DNA of 45,697 nucleotides from an uncultured Clostridia bacterium (GTDB lineage Bacteria; Bacillota; Clostridia; Oscillospirales; Ruminococcaceae). Below are positions 1 to 8,949 of the stretch, in pieces. The notes beneath the pieces are model-generated. The model searched no databases. It worked only from the letters and a program-made list of their open reading frames with translations, and was not told where the DNA came from. The DNA lies in contig CANEHP010000001.1 of the NCBI GenBank assembly GCA_947427325.1, forward strand, positions 1-45,697. Reading direction: 5' to 3'. Within the stretch, counting starts at the first letter, position 1. Every line of letters begins with the position of its first letter. Made by a program: the position numbers and the translations under genes.

Positions 1-252
1 TTTGTAAAGATATTGATTTGTTCGTCAATTTCACTAATCCGTTTATAGACGTCGTTTCTGTTATATTGGTCGTTGTCCTCATTGGCAAGTAGTTCGGCTT
101 CTAACTTTGCTTTTTTATCTGAAAGGCTGTCGATTTCTGCTTGCGCATTTATTTAAATGTCTGAGAATATTTTATCTTTTATTTTAAAGGTATCAAATTT
201 TGCCTTGCAAAATTCTCTTCTTATGATATAATACTAATCTTTAATCGCCCTA

Positions 253-281
253 TAGACAAAAAACCAAAAATAAGGTATAAT
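253..281 (+). promoter_or_regulatory. sigma-A-type promoter upstream of ychF
   Basis: TAGACA (253-258), 17-bp spacer, TATAAT (276-281); a second candidate is TTGCAA-16-TATAAT at 205-232 with an extended -10 TG. Confidence 0.55.
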
Positions 282-394
282 GTAATAAGTATAATATAAA
301 GAGAGTGTGAATAAATGGCAAAAAAATATGAAATAAACTAAAAATGCAGCAGATTTTAAAACGTCTTTAATAAATAAAGGAGAAATAAAGAGCT

Positions 395-1489
395 ATGAAA
401 TTAGGAATGGTGGGACTCCCCAATGTGGGAAAAAGCACTTTGTTTAACGCCCTCACCAACGCAGGCGCAGAATCCGCAAATTATCCGTTTTGCACCATTG
501 AGCCGAACGTGGGTATTGTAAGCGTCCCCGACAAACGTTTAGACAAGCTGGCTGAAATGTACAATCCCGAAAAATTCACTCCCGCAACTCTTGAATTTGT
601 GGATATTGCGGGACTGGTTAAGGGTGCGTCAAAAGGCGAGGGATTGGGCAACAAGTTTCTTGCGGATATAAGAGAGGTTGATGCTGTGGTGCATGTCGTC
701 CGCTGCTTCGAGGACGAAAACATTATACATGTTGACGGCTCTATCGGTGCTGCAAGAGACATTGAAACAATAAATCTCGAGCTTATTTTCAGCGACCTTG
801 AAATATTACAGCGCCGTTTGGATAAGAATAAAAAGCTGCTTAAGGGCGATAAGGGAATACAGAAGGAAATAGATTTTCTGGAAAAGCTTATTGCTTTTAT
901 GGAGGAGGGCAACACCGCCCGCTCCTTTGACTTTTCGGATGAAGAAAGGGAAATTATAAAAACCACTCCCCTGCTTTCAAACAAGCCCGTGATTTATGCC
1001 GCAAATATGAGCGAAGCGGATTTTACGGGAGATATTAACAACAATGTTCAGTATCAGGCGGTACTTAAAATAGCCGAGCAGGAAAACAGCACCGTTTTGC
1101 CGATCTGCGCACAAATCGAAGCGGAAATAGCGGGAATGGAAAAGGAAGACAAGGATATGTTTCTTGCCGATTTAGGCTTGGAGGAAAGCGGTCTTAACCG
1201 TATAATCAGCAAAGGTTATTCCCTTTTAGGTCTTATTTCCTACCTTACCGCAGGACCGCAGGAGGTCAGAGCATGGACAATAACCAAAGGCACAAAAGCT
1301 CCGCAGGCGGCGGGAAAAATCCATACCGATTTTGAAAAAGGCTTTATAAGAGCCGAAGTAGTTTCCTTTGACGACCTTGTGAATAACGGCGGTATGGCGG
1401 GAGCAAAGGACAAGGGACTTGTGCGGCTTGAGGGAAAGGAATATGTTATGCAGGACGGAGACGTGGTTTTGTTTAGGTTTAATGTGTGA
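395..1489 (+). CDS. ychF: Obg-family ribosome-binding ATPase YchF
   Basis: GMVGLPNVGKST, NYPFCTIEPN, DIAGLVKGASKGEGLGNKFL, and C-terminal TGS domain ending DGDVVLFRFNV; RBS AAGGAG. Confidence 0.98.
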   Translation: MKLGMVGLPNVGKSTLFNALTNAGAESANYPFCTIEPNVGIVSVPDKRLDKLAEMYNPEKFTPATLEFVDIAGLVKGASKGEGLGNKFLADIREVDAVVHVVRCFEDENIIHVDGSIGAARDIETINLELIFSDLEILQRRLDKNKKLLKGDKGIQKEIDFLEKLIAFMEEGNTARSFDFSDEEREIIKTTPLLSNKPVIYAANMSEADFTGDINNNVQYQAVLKIAEQENSTVLPICAQIEAEIAGMEKEDKDMFLADLGLEESGLNRIISKGYSLLGLISYLTAGPQEVRAWTITKGTKAPQAAGKIHTDFEKGFIRAEVVSFDDLVNNGGMAGAKDKGLVRLEGKEYVMQDGDVVLFRFNV

Positions 1490-1526
1490 TTATCCAAACA
1501 GAAATTATAGGTTGAGGTAAATTTTT

Positions 1527-2102
1527 ATGAACTTTCTTTACCACGGTTCAATTATTTCGGGGATAAAACAACTTAAACCCGTTTCCACTCTCAACGGCAC
1601 AGACAAGAAAGTAGTGTATCTTACCGATAATATTCCTTACTCTCTTTTTTACATCTGGGATAAAAAGCACAATCATTTTGACGGAAAGCACGTTACCGCT
1701 TGGATAAAGAACGGTACTGCATACTATGAGGAGCAGTTTCCCGATCAGCTTAAAGCTTTTTACAGCGGCGTTTCGGGATATTTATATATCGTTCGCTTCT
1801 CTCTCGGTATTTCGGCTATGGAGTGCAGAGAGCAGCTTTATTACAGTACGGAATCGGTTGATACGGAAAGGGAGGAATTTATTCCCAACGTGTACAACGA
1901 GCTTATAAAGTATGAAATGACAGGCGAATTAAAGGTCAGACGGTTTAACGAGCAATCGGAAAAAAGGAAAAATGAGCTTATAGATATGATAAGTCAGGTT
2001 ATTTTGAAAAATGATTATATAAAAAATCCTAATACGCCCAATGCGGAATTTTATAGGAAATATTTTACCGACGCTTGGAAAAAAGCGGCACAAACAAAAT
2101 AG
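1527..2102 (+). CDS. hypothetical protein, possible ADP-ribosyltransferase fold
   Basis: 191-aa ORF with RBS GAGGT; N-terminal LYHGS and VYLT resemble the first two strands of Arr/PARP-like ARTs. Confidence 0.6.
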   Translation: MNFLYHGSIISGIKQLKPVSTLNGTDKKVVYLTDNIPYSLFYIWDKKHNHFDGKHVTAWIKNGTAYYEEQFPDQLKAFYSGVSGYLYIVRFSLGISAMECREQLYYSTESVDTEREEFIPNVYNELIKYEMTGELKVRRFNEQSEKRKNELIDMISQVILKNDYIKNPNTPNAEFYRKYFTDAWKKAAQTK

Positions 2103-2160
2103 GACGGAGATTTTTTCCGTTATAAAATATTAGCGCTTAAATAAAAAGCACAGTAAAAAG

Positions 2161-2218
2161 TTCAGCTTGTTAAAAAACCTTTTTAGTCGTTTTTTAACAA
2201 GCTGAAGTTATTTTTTCT
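2161..2218. terminator. bidirectional intrinsic terminator, copy 1
   Basis: TTCAGCTTGTTAAAAAAC (2161-2178) / GTTTTTTAACAAGCTGAA (2189-2206), a perfect 18-bp stem with flanking A/T runs between convergent genes. Confidence 0.75.
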
Positions 2219-2230
2219 GCAATCCGCTGA

Positions 2231-2401
2231 CTATTCTCGGTTATACTGCTTATTTCTGACCTTTTCCGTAAAGGCGGCATATCTGTCGGTATTGTGCAGG
2301 ACAGAAAACGGCTTTTCCGCTATCTTTATAAGCAGATGCTGATACAAGGTTTCCTCCGAATTTCTGGAAATCTTGCTTCTGTCGTCTGTATAGCCTTCAA
2401 G
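2231..2401 (-). pseudogene. duplicated 3' end of the XRE regulator gene
   Basis: Identical to 2955-3125; product of the tandem duplication, lacks a 5' part. Confidence 0.8.
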
Positions 2402-2826
2402 TTGACGGAAAGCACGTTACCGCTTGGATAAAGAACGGTACTGCATACTATGAGGAGCAGTTTCCCGATCAGCTTAAAGCTTTTTACAGCGGCGTTTCGG
2501 GATATTTATATATCGTTCGCTTCTCTCTCGGTATTTCGGCTATGGAGTGCAGAGAGCAGCTTTATTACAGTACGGAATCGGTTGATACGGAAAGGGAGGA
2601 ATTTATTCCCAACGTGTACAACGAGCTTATAAAGTATGAAATGACAGGCGAATTAAAGGTCAGACGGTTTAACGAGCAATCGGAAAAAAGGAAAAATGAG
2701 CTTATAGATATGATAAGTCAGGTTATTTTGAAAAATGATTATATAAAAAATCCTAATACGCCCAATGCGGAATTTTATAGGAAATATTTTACCGACGCTT
2801 GGAAAAAAGCGGCACAAACAAAATAG
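2402..2826 (+). pseudogene. 5'-truncated duplicate of the 1527-2102 gene
   Basis: Identical to 1678-2102; lacks the first ~50 codons and the RBS. Confidence 0.8.
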
Positions 2827-2884
2827 GACGGAGATTTTTTCCGTTATAAAATATTAGCGCTTAAATAAAAAGCACAGTAAAAAG

Positions 2885-2942
2885 TTCAGCTTGTTAAAAA
2901 ACCTTTTTAGTCGTTTTTTAACAAGCTGAAGTTATTTTTTCT
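2885..2942. terminator. bidirectional intrinsic terminator, copy 2
   Basis: Same 18-bp stem as 2161-2206, just beyond the XRE gene stop. Confidence 0.75.
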
Positions 2943-2954
2943 GCAATCCGCTGA

Positions 2955-4046
2955 CTATTCTCGGTTATACTGCTTATTTCTGACCTTTTCCGTAAAGGCG
3001 GCATATCTGTCGGTATTGTGCAGGACAGAAAACGGCTTTTCCGCTATCTTTATAAGCAGATGCTGATACAAGGTTTCCTCCGAATTTCTGGAAATCTTGC
3101 TTCTGTCGTCTGTATAGCCTTCAAGCCAGAAAGCGTTATAACAGGACTGTTCGGGGCGTTCCTCATACATAACCGCATATTTAAGTGCAAGCTCAAGATT
3201 ATCCATAGCCTCCTCCGTTTTGTTTAAGGCACAATAGCTTCTTGCTATCCACAAACAGCATTTGAACACTCTTTCGTTATAAAACTTATGGTCGTCCCCT
3301 GTCAGCAATTCTGCAAGAGAAATTGCTTTTTTCAACAGCTCTATGCTTTTTTCCAGCGTATCCATTTTTCGTGATAAATGATGAAGATTAAGAATGGATA
3401 GATTCATAAAGGTAAGCAGGTTATGTTGAAGCTGACAGGTCTCCCTATCGCCGCTTAATACATGAGGAAGTAAAACCTCGCGGCTTACCCATAAGCTCGG
3501 CATTTCCTCCGCTGCGATCTTATAAGCCTTGTCGGTTTCTCCCATCATACAGTAAGCAAGGCACAGCTGATGTTTTCCCGAAAAGGTTACATAGCTTTCC
3601 CCCTTGTCAAGTTTGATCGCTCTTTCGGTAATGGAAACGATCTCTTTCAGAACATCGGCGGACTTAGAACCCTCTCTGCACAATTCCAGATAAAGCGCAC
3701 CGGCAAGCTCGTAGGCAATAGACGCGCTGTTGGGAAACAATGCCAGCTTTTCACGAAGGTAGGAAATGCTCTCTGCAATTTTGCCCTGACTGTGCAATTC
3801 GTTTTTGTGTCCTATAATTCGGTCGATTTCCCTTTGTATTTTTTCACCGTTAATCCCGAAAAGCTCGTCTGTGGTAACATTAAAATAATCCGCAATTATC
3901 GGCAGTAATGTAATATCGGGATATGTCGTGCCTAATTCCCAGCGGCTGACAGCCTGAGGCGATACTTTTAGCACCTCTGCCAGCTGCTCTTGGGTAAGCC
4001 GGTTTTGCGTACGGAATTTTTTCAAGTTCTCTCCAAGCTTAAACAT
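2955..4046 (-). CDS. XRE-family HTH transcriptional regulator with TPR-like C-terminal region
   Basis: N-terminal LKKFRTQNRLTQEQLAEVLKVSPQAVSRWELGTTYPDI (Cro/C1 HTH), helical TPR-like remainder; RBS AAGGAG. Confidence 0.9.
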   Translation of the reverse strand: MFKLGENLKKFRTQNRLTQEQLAEVLKVSPQAVSRWELGTTYPDITLLPIIADYFNVTTDELFGINGEKIQREIDRIIGHKNELHSQGKIAESISYLREKLALFPNSASIAYELAGALYLELCREGSKSADVLKEIVSITERAIKLDKGESYVTFSGKHQLCLAYCMMGETDKAYKIAAEEMPSLWVSREVLLPHVLSGDRETCQLQHNLLTFMNLSILNLHHLSRKMDTLEKSIELLKKAISLAELLTGDDHKFYNERVFKCCLWIARSYCALNKTEEAMDNLELALKYAVMYEERPEQSCYNAFWLEGYTDDRSKISRNSEETLYQHLLIKIAEKPFSVLHNTDRYAAFTEKVRNKQYNRE

Positions 4047-4087
4047 AGTATCAACTCCTTGTTTGTTTTTCAGAAGCTTCTGTTATA

Positions 4088-4130
4088 ATAATATCTCATT
4101 TTTTTCGGAATGTCTACAACAGGTTTGTTG
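4088..4130 (-). promoter_or_regulatory. XRE gene promoter with adjacent palindromic operator candidate
   Basis: Minus strand TAGACA (4116-4111), 17 bp, TATTAT (4093-4088); CAACA-N4-TGTTG at 4117-4130 abuts the -35. Confidence 0.45.
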
Positions 4131-4290
4131 AGAAAAAATCAAACAAAGTGAGAGAAATAATATTTTTGGTCAAGAATGACGCTTTTGGCGGTCAAATAAT
4201 TCCATACAAAAAATTATGGGGCGGGATGTTCCCCGCCCCGAAATTTTCCTGTGACACAGTTCCCAAAAAGACTTTTGGAAAAATAAGCAT

Positions 4291-4323
4291 AAAAATACGC
4301 TCTCATAAATCTGAGAGCGTATT
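4291..4323 (-). terminator. intrinsic terminator of the tRNA-Thr locus
   Basis: AATACGCTCTCA/TGAGAGCGTATT 12-bp stem followed by a U-run on the minus strand, about 20 nt past the tRNA CCA end. Confidence 0.7.
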
Positions 4324-4342
4324 AGGTGTCCGCCTTGCGGCC

Positions 4343-4387
4343 TGGAGCTGATAATCGGATTTGAACCGATGACCTCATCCTTACCAA
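4343..4387 (-). tRNA. 3' half of tRNA-Thr(GGT); att-site remnant, not an intact tRNA
   Basis: Minus strand reads TTGGTAA-GGATG-AGGTC-ATCGG-TTCAAAT-CCGAT-TATCAGC-TCCA (anticodon loop, T-arm, acceptor 3' strand, CCA); the 5' half is replaced by unrelated DNA at the anticodon loop; integrase adjacent. Confidence 0.88.
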
Positions 4388-4519
4388 ATTTGACCATTTT
4401 ACAAAATCACAGTTGAAAATTTGTTTAAAGCAACGAATTGTTTTACAAGATATTGCAATTTTTTCAGATGTCAATATAATACCTATTTATCAATTTAGAT
4501 ATTATATTGGAGGTTTAAG

Positions 4520-5509
4520 ATGGCTAAAATAAAAAATGTTAAATTTGAGGATTGGGCTAAGTTGTGGCTTGAATACACTCAAAAGGATAGGGTGAAAGAC
4601 AATACATATTATACTTATGTTAATATCGTAAACAATTACCTACTTCCATACTTTAAGGGAAAAAATCTTAATGAAATATCCTTTCTTGAAGTGCAAAAAT
4701 ATTTTAACATTTTATCCAAAAGCAGTTATCAAGACTTTTTGATAAAGAACAAAAGTCTACTATCACAAATATTTAATGCAGGTATCATTGATGGAAAGTG
4801 TTTGCAAAACCCTTGTAATATTATAAAAATGCCAAAAGGTAAACAAACAAAAAAGAAAGAGGTTTACTCCGAAGAAGAAGCTGAGCTTATTTTTCAGTAT
4901 GCGTATACTCATCGCTTTGGTGCTGAGATACAGCTTATGCTTGAAACAGGAATATGCAGATATGAGCTTTTAGGATTACAATGGGACGATATAGATATTG
5001 AAAATGGAATACTGCATATTTGCCGTGGTGTGGCAGATATTGTTGACTCTACAACAAAAAAATTCAAAGTGGTAGTTGGAAACACAAAAAATGAGTATAG
5101 AGAAAGAGACGTGCCTTTAAGCCAACGTATGTGTGATATACTGAGTAACATTGATAGAACTTTAATGGTAGGTAAAAGCGAACATAGGCATCAAGATGGA
5201 ATTGAAGTTAAAAAGAAATTTGTTTTTTGCAATCGATTTGGTGAAGTTTGTAGTCCGAGAAATTGGAGCAGAAGGCATTATGATGTCTTTATGAAGGATA
5301 TGCAAAAGTTTTATTCTAACAAAGGAATAGAAATACCAATATATACTCCTCATCAGCTAAGACATACACGAGCAAGTATTTGGGTAAATTCGGGCAAGAA
5401 CCTATATGCTATTGCAAAAGTGCTTGGGCATTCGAGTTTGAATATGCTTGAAAAAAGATATGCTCACTCAAATATAGAACAACTTCGTGAGTTGCTTGAA
5501 ATTGAATAA
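4520..5509 (+). CDS. tyrosine recombinase / site-specific integrase
   Basis: TGICRYELLGLQWDDID (box I), TKN, HQLRHT, LGHSS and RYAH (catalytic Tyr); RBS GGAGG; TTGCAA-16-TATAAT at 4453-4480. Confidence 0.93.
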   Translation: MAKIKNVKFEDWAKLWLEYTQKDRVKDNTYYTYVNIVNNYLLPYFKGKNLNEISFLEVQKYFNILSKSSYQDFLIKNKSLLSQIFNAGIIDGKCLQNPCNIIKMPKGKQTKKKEVYSEEEAELIFQYAYTHRFGAEIQLMLETGICRYELLGLQWDDIDIENGILHICRGVADIVDSTTKKFKVVVGNTKNEYRERDVPLSQRMCDILSNIDRTLMVGKSEHRHQDGIEVKKKFVFCNRFGEVCSPRNWSRRHYDVFMKDMQKFYSNKGIEIPIYTPHQLRHTRASIWVNSGKNLYAIAKVLGHSSLNMLEKRYAHSNIEQLRELLEIE

Positions 5510-5524
5510 CAAATAATATTATTT

Positions 5525-5556
5525 AGGACTGACTAATAATCAGTCCTTATTTTTTT
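5525..5556 (+). terminator. intrinsic terminator after integrase
   Basis: AGGACTGA / TCAGTCCT stem followed by TATTTTTTT. Confidence 0.75.
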
Positions 5557-5804
5557 AAAAGATTGTATATCAAGCTTGACTATAATTGCTAAACTCCATT
5601 TTCATAGGAGGTATTAAGCCGCCTACTTTCACCTAAAGCCTGTACGAAAACAAATGGTGTACAATTTAATTATTGTCCAATTAAGGTTAAACGCTCCACC
5701 GATAGAGCTTTAACATAACACGCAAGGGGTAGCTCCCCTTTGGGACGGTACAGCCTTCTCCGTCCCCTTGGCTGTGTTATATATAAAGAAATGAAGGCTA
5801 AAAA

Positions 5805-5863
5805 ATGGATACATATATCACATTGTTTCTTTTCTGAAATGTAAAGTGGATATATGTATCACA
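5805..5863. repeat. two copies of an 18-bp imperfect palindrome upstream of parA
   Basis: ATGGATACATATATCACA (5805-5822) and GTGGATATATGTATCACA (5846-5863). Confidence 0.85.
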
Positions 5864-5899
5864 AAAATTAAGTGCGATTGCACGGAAAGAAGGCTAAAA

Positions 5900-6625
5900 A
5901 TGAAAATTATTACGATGTACAACAACAAAGGTGGCGTGGGAAAAACAACTTCCGTTATTAACATTGCCTATTCCCTTTCCAAAATGCGCAAGAAGGTCTT
6001 GATTATGGACTTTGACGAACAAAGAAACAGCTCAAGGTTTTTCTTGGAGGATGGGGACGATAGAGGATATGCTCCTACAAGATATGAAAACATTTTCATA
6101 ATGACTTATGACGAGTGTATTCAAAAAAGGAAAAATATACAGATGAAAGTTGGGTTAGACCCTGAATACGACACTTTTGAGTTTGCAAACCAGTACACAG
6201 ATTGGTTGAAGCAGTTAGAAACAAAAAGCAATTACGATTATATCATTTTCGATCTGCCTCCCGCTCTTAACGATTTAACGCTCTCGTTGTTGAGCTTCTG
6301 CGACTATGTGTTTGTTCCCATTGAGCTTGGAACATTTGCTATACAAGGCATTACCGTTGTGGTAACCAAATTGAGCGAGATCTCCGCTAAATTTGGCGGT
6401 TGCTTCGTGGTAAAGTTCGATAATGAAAATCCCTCTGACTATTCCCTTCTCGATACTTTGAAAAACGCTCTCGGCGCAAAGGTGCTTGAATCAATTATTC
6501 CTTTCAGCAGAGTAATTAAAAATAGCATAAGCTACCGTATGACCGCCGCTGAATATATGGACTATATGGTTGCAGCGGAAAAATATGGGGAGCTTACGAA
6601 AGAAATCGTTGGGATATGCGAGTAA
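5900..6625 (+). CDS. parA: ParA/Soj-family partition ATPase
   Basis: MKIITMYNNKGGVGKTT deviant Walker A, KVLIMDFDEQRN, YDYIIFDLPP; start reassigned to ATG 5900. Confidence 0.92.
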   Translation: MKIITMYNNKGGVGKTTSVINIAYSLSKMRKKVLIMDFDEQRNSSRFFLEDGDDRGYAPTRYENIFIMTYDECIQKRKNIQMKVGLDPEYDTFEFANQYTDWLKQLETKSNYDYIIFDLPPALNDLTLSLLSFCDYVFVPIELGTFAIQGITVVVTKLSEISAKFGGCFVVKFDNENPSDYSLLDTLKNALGAKVLESIIPFSRVIKNSISYRMTAAEYMDYMVAAEKYGELTKEIVGICE

Positions 6626-6645
6626 AAGTAAAGGAGGACAAACAA

Positions 6646-7689
6646 ATGGCAAGAAAACTTAGTTTTGATACAGCAATGTTAAAAGATATAAAATCTGTAG
6701 CTGGTGACAGCTTCGCCGATAATATAAAAATGCTCCCCGTGGATCAACTCCACGACAACCCTGAAAACTTCTATGACCTCTCAGATTTGGACACCCTTGT
6801 TGAGGACATAGACCGTCAAGGTTTGAAAACGCCGCTGTACGTTGTCTCAAATGATGATAACGGTTATACGATAATCAGCGGTCACAGACGCAAAGCTGCC
6901 GTGCAGAAACTCATAGACAGCGGCAAGTATGGCACTGCCAAACTTCCCTGCTACATAGGCGTTAAGAAAAATGAAACAGAAGCAATGCTTGACCTTATTA
7001 TGCTTAACGCAACTACAAGAGTAATTTCAGATTCTGAGACAGTAAAACAATGTGAGAAACTTGAAGAAATATTTAAACAACTTGAAGCAGAGGGCAAAAA
7101 GATACAGGGCAGAATGAGAGACAAGATAGCCGCAGCTCTGAACGTGTCCCCTGCACAGGTTGGCAAAGTCGAAAATATTCGGCATAATGCCATTGAGGAG
7201 GTTAAGGCAGCGGTAGATGAGGGTAAGATGTCAATTTCCACCGCCAATGAGGTTGCCAAGCTTGAACCTAAAAAGCAAAAAGACCTTATTGAAAAGAAAA
7301 AGCCCGAAGAAATTACCCACAAGGAAATCAAAAAGTCAGTGGAATCTGCAAAAAAATTTGAAGATATGACACTTGATGAATACGATGACAATTCTACCTC
7401 AGATGATAAAGCTGTTATTATGCCGACCGCCGAGGAAGATGCAGAAATGAGGGAAAAGGCAAAGGCAGCGGCGGATGCAATGAAAGAGCTTTGGGTAAAA
7501 CCGCCCGAATATTTCAACAATATTGTGGACAGCGGTATGTGTAATAGCATTATTTCGGGGTATGTTCTGCTTGTTTTGGAAGAAATGGGAATAAAACGTC
7601 CCTCCGATATTCTTAAAATTATCAACGGAGTTTTGGATTTTAAAAACGCACAGGCGGCAAGGGGTAAGTTCAGGAATATAACAAAATAA
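6646..7689 (+). CDS. parB: ParB-family CTPase/HTH partition protein with extra C-terminal domain
   Basis: GLKTPLYV...YTIISGHRRKAA arginine patch, HTH-like RDKIAAALNVSPAQVGK, GKMSISTANEVA; RBS AAGGAGG before ATG 6646. Confidence 0.9.
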   Translation: MARKLSFDTAMLKDIKSVAGDSFADNIKMLPVDQLHDNPENFYDLSDLDTLVEDIDRQGLKTPLYVVSNDDNGYTIISGHRRKAAVQKLIDSGKYGTAKLPCYIGVKKNETEAMLDLIMLNATTRVISDSETVKQCEKLEEIFKQLEAEGKKIQGRMRDKIAAALNVSPAQVGKVENIRHNAIEEVKAAVDEGKMSISTANEVAKLEPKKQKDLIEKKKPEEITHKEIKKSVESAKKFEDMTLDEYDDNSTSDDKAVIMPTAEEDAEMREKAKAAADAMKELWVKPPEYFNNIVDSGMCNSIISGYVLLVLEEMGIKRPSDILKIINGVLDFKNAQAARGKFRNITK

Positions 7690-7701
7690 GGAGAGGCGGC
7701 T

Positions 7702-8925
7702 TTGAAAAACAAAAAAATAATTTCCATTGCAATACTGTTTTCTTTTCTTCTAAGCAGCGGATGTAATATTAACAGCAACATACCCGAAATTACAAACGAA
7801 AGTAATATTAACAGCAACGTACCTGATATTACAAGCGTAAATAATATTAACGGTAACTCAACAAATATTACACAGGCTAAGCCTTCCGGAAATGCAGCCG
7901 AAACATCCGCTGTCAAATCTGTAACTAAACCCGACGATTCGGTAAATACAACGAAACATACGGATTCAACAACCGTAACGAAAATAAACAAAGAACCTGT
8001 TACCGAAGCACTTGAATCACCCGAAACACAGGCATCTTCGGCTGAAAACGAATCTCCGGTAGTTACAATCACTACAACTTCCGCTGCGCCGGCTGCACCG
8101 ACCGAGCCTTCCCCTCCAACTATTTACAGCACTGCGGCTGACGGAAAGCTTACTTTTACCAACCCCTATGCTGTAATTGATTACAGCAATACAGGAGATG
8201 GGTACATCATGGTTAAATATACGGGATCGAACAGCTTAGTTAAGGTTCAGGTCACAAACCCTAACTCATCTTCACAGGTATATACCATAAACACTAACGG
8301 AAATTATGAAGCAATTCCTCTTACAGGGGGGGACGGTAAATATACGGTAATGGTTTGTGAATCAGTAGGTACACTGTTTGCACCGGTAAATGTCGGAAAG
8401 TTTAGCGTGACTTTATCCGATCCTCTTGCCCCTTACCTTCGTCCCAGCAACTATGTTCCCTTTGCTTATGGGGACAGCGCAGTCGTTAAGTCATCACAGC
8501 TCTGTGCAGGTGCGAAGAACGATTTGGAAAAGGTTGACAGAGTTTATTCATGGCTTGTGGATAACGTAACCTACGATTATAATCTTGCATCATCGGTTAA
8601 ACCGGGATATGTTGCGGATTCCGAAAAGGTTATTAACAAAAAAATAGGAATTTGTCTTGACTATGCGGGAACAATGGCTGCCATGCTGCGCAGTCAGAAC
8701 GTACCCGTTCAGGTAGTAGTAGGAAAGGTTTCGGGAACTTCATCTCTGCATGCATGGGTAAATGTTTATGTAACGGATGTGGGCTGGGTCTGCGAAGCAA
8801 TTTATTTTGACGGCTCTGCTTGGCACAGAATGGACCCAACCTTTGCCGCAAGCTCAAAATCAAGCGATTCAATAATACAATTTATAGGCAGCGGAAGCAA
8901 TTACATTGCAGAAAAACTATACTGA
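7702..8925 (+). CDS. lipoprotein with transglutaminase-like (Cys-His-Asp) domain
   Basis: Lipobox LSSG-C, Ser/Thr/Pro/Asn linker, GICLDYA...LRSQNVP...HAWVNV...MDPT triad; TTG start with AAGGAG. Confidence 0.88.
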   Translation: MKNKKIISIAILFSFLLSSGCNINSNIPEITNESNINSNVPDITSVNNINGNSTNITQAKPSGNAAETSAVKSVTKPDDSVNTTKHTDSTTVTKINKEPVTEALESPETQASSAENESPVVTITTTSAAPAAPTEPSPPTIYSTAADGKLTFTNPYAVIDYSNTGDGYIMVKYTGSNSLVKVQVTNPNSSSQVYTINTNGNYEAIPLTGGDGKYTVMVCESVGTLFAPVNVGKFSVTLSDPLAPYLRPSNYVPFAYGDSAVVKSSQLCAGAKNDLEKVDRVYSWLVDNVTYDYNLASSVKPGYVADSEKVINKKIGICLDYAGTMAAMLRSQNVPVQVVVGKVSGTSSLHAWVNVYVTDVGWVCEAIYFDGSAWHRMDPTFAASSKSSDSIIQFIGSGSNYIAEKLY

Positions 8926-8949
8926 TTGCCATTCTGAAGGAGGAATATA

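Larger units (their letters stand above)
1678..3125. repeat. exact 724-bp head-to-tail tandem duplication (1678-2401 / 2402-3125)
   Basis: Both copies begin TTGACGGAAAGCACG and end TAGCCTTCAAG; identical ORF translations are offset by 724 (1726/2450, 2102/2826). Confidence 0.95.

Noticed and set aside
1-204. Minus-strand coiled-coil-like frame (NAQAEIDSLSDKKAKLEAELL...) running off the window start
   Set aside because: In-frame TAA at 153-155 and no clear start or RBS; possibly a pseudogene fragment but cannot be assigned
4170-4397. 75-aa and 67-aa ORFs around the att site
   Set aside because: They overlap the tRNA fragment, terminator and hairpins; no RBS or protein-like features
4343-4420. 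Intact tRNA-Thr gene
   Set aside because: No D-arm, 5' anticodon stem or 5' acceptor strand beyond 4387
6951-8072. 373-aa minus-strand ORF and other long antisense ORFs (481-984, 17236-17877, 27322-27966, 42082-42819)
   Set aside because: Shadows of well-supported plus-strand genes with Ser/Phe/Leu-rich composition and no motifs
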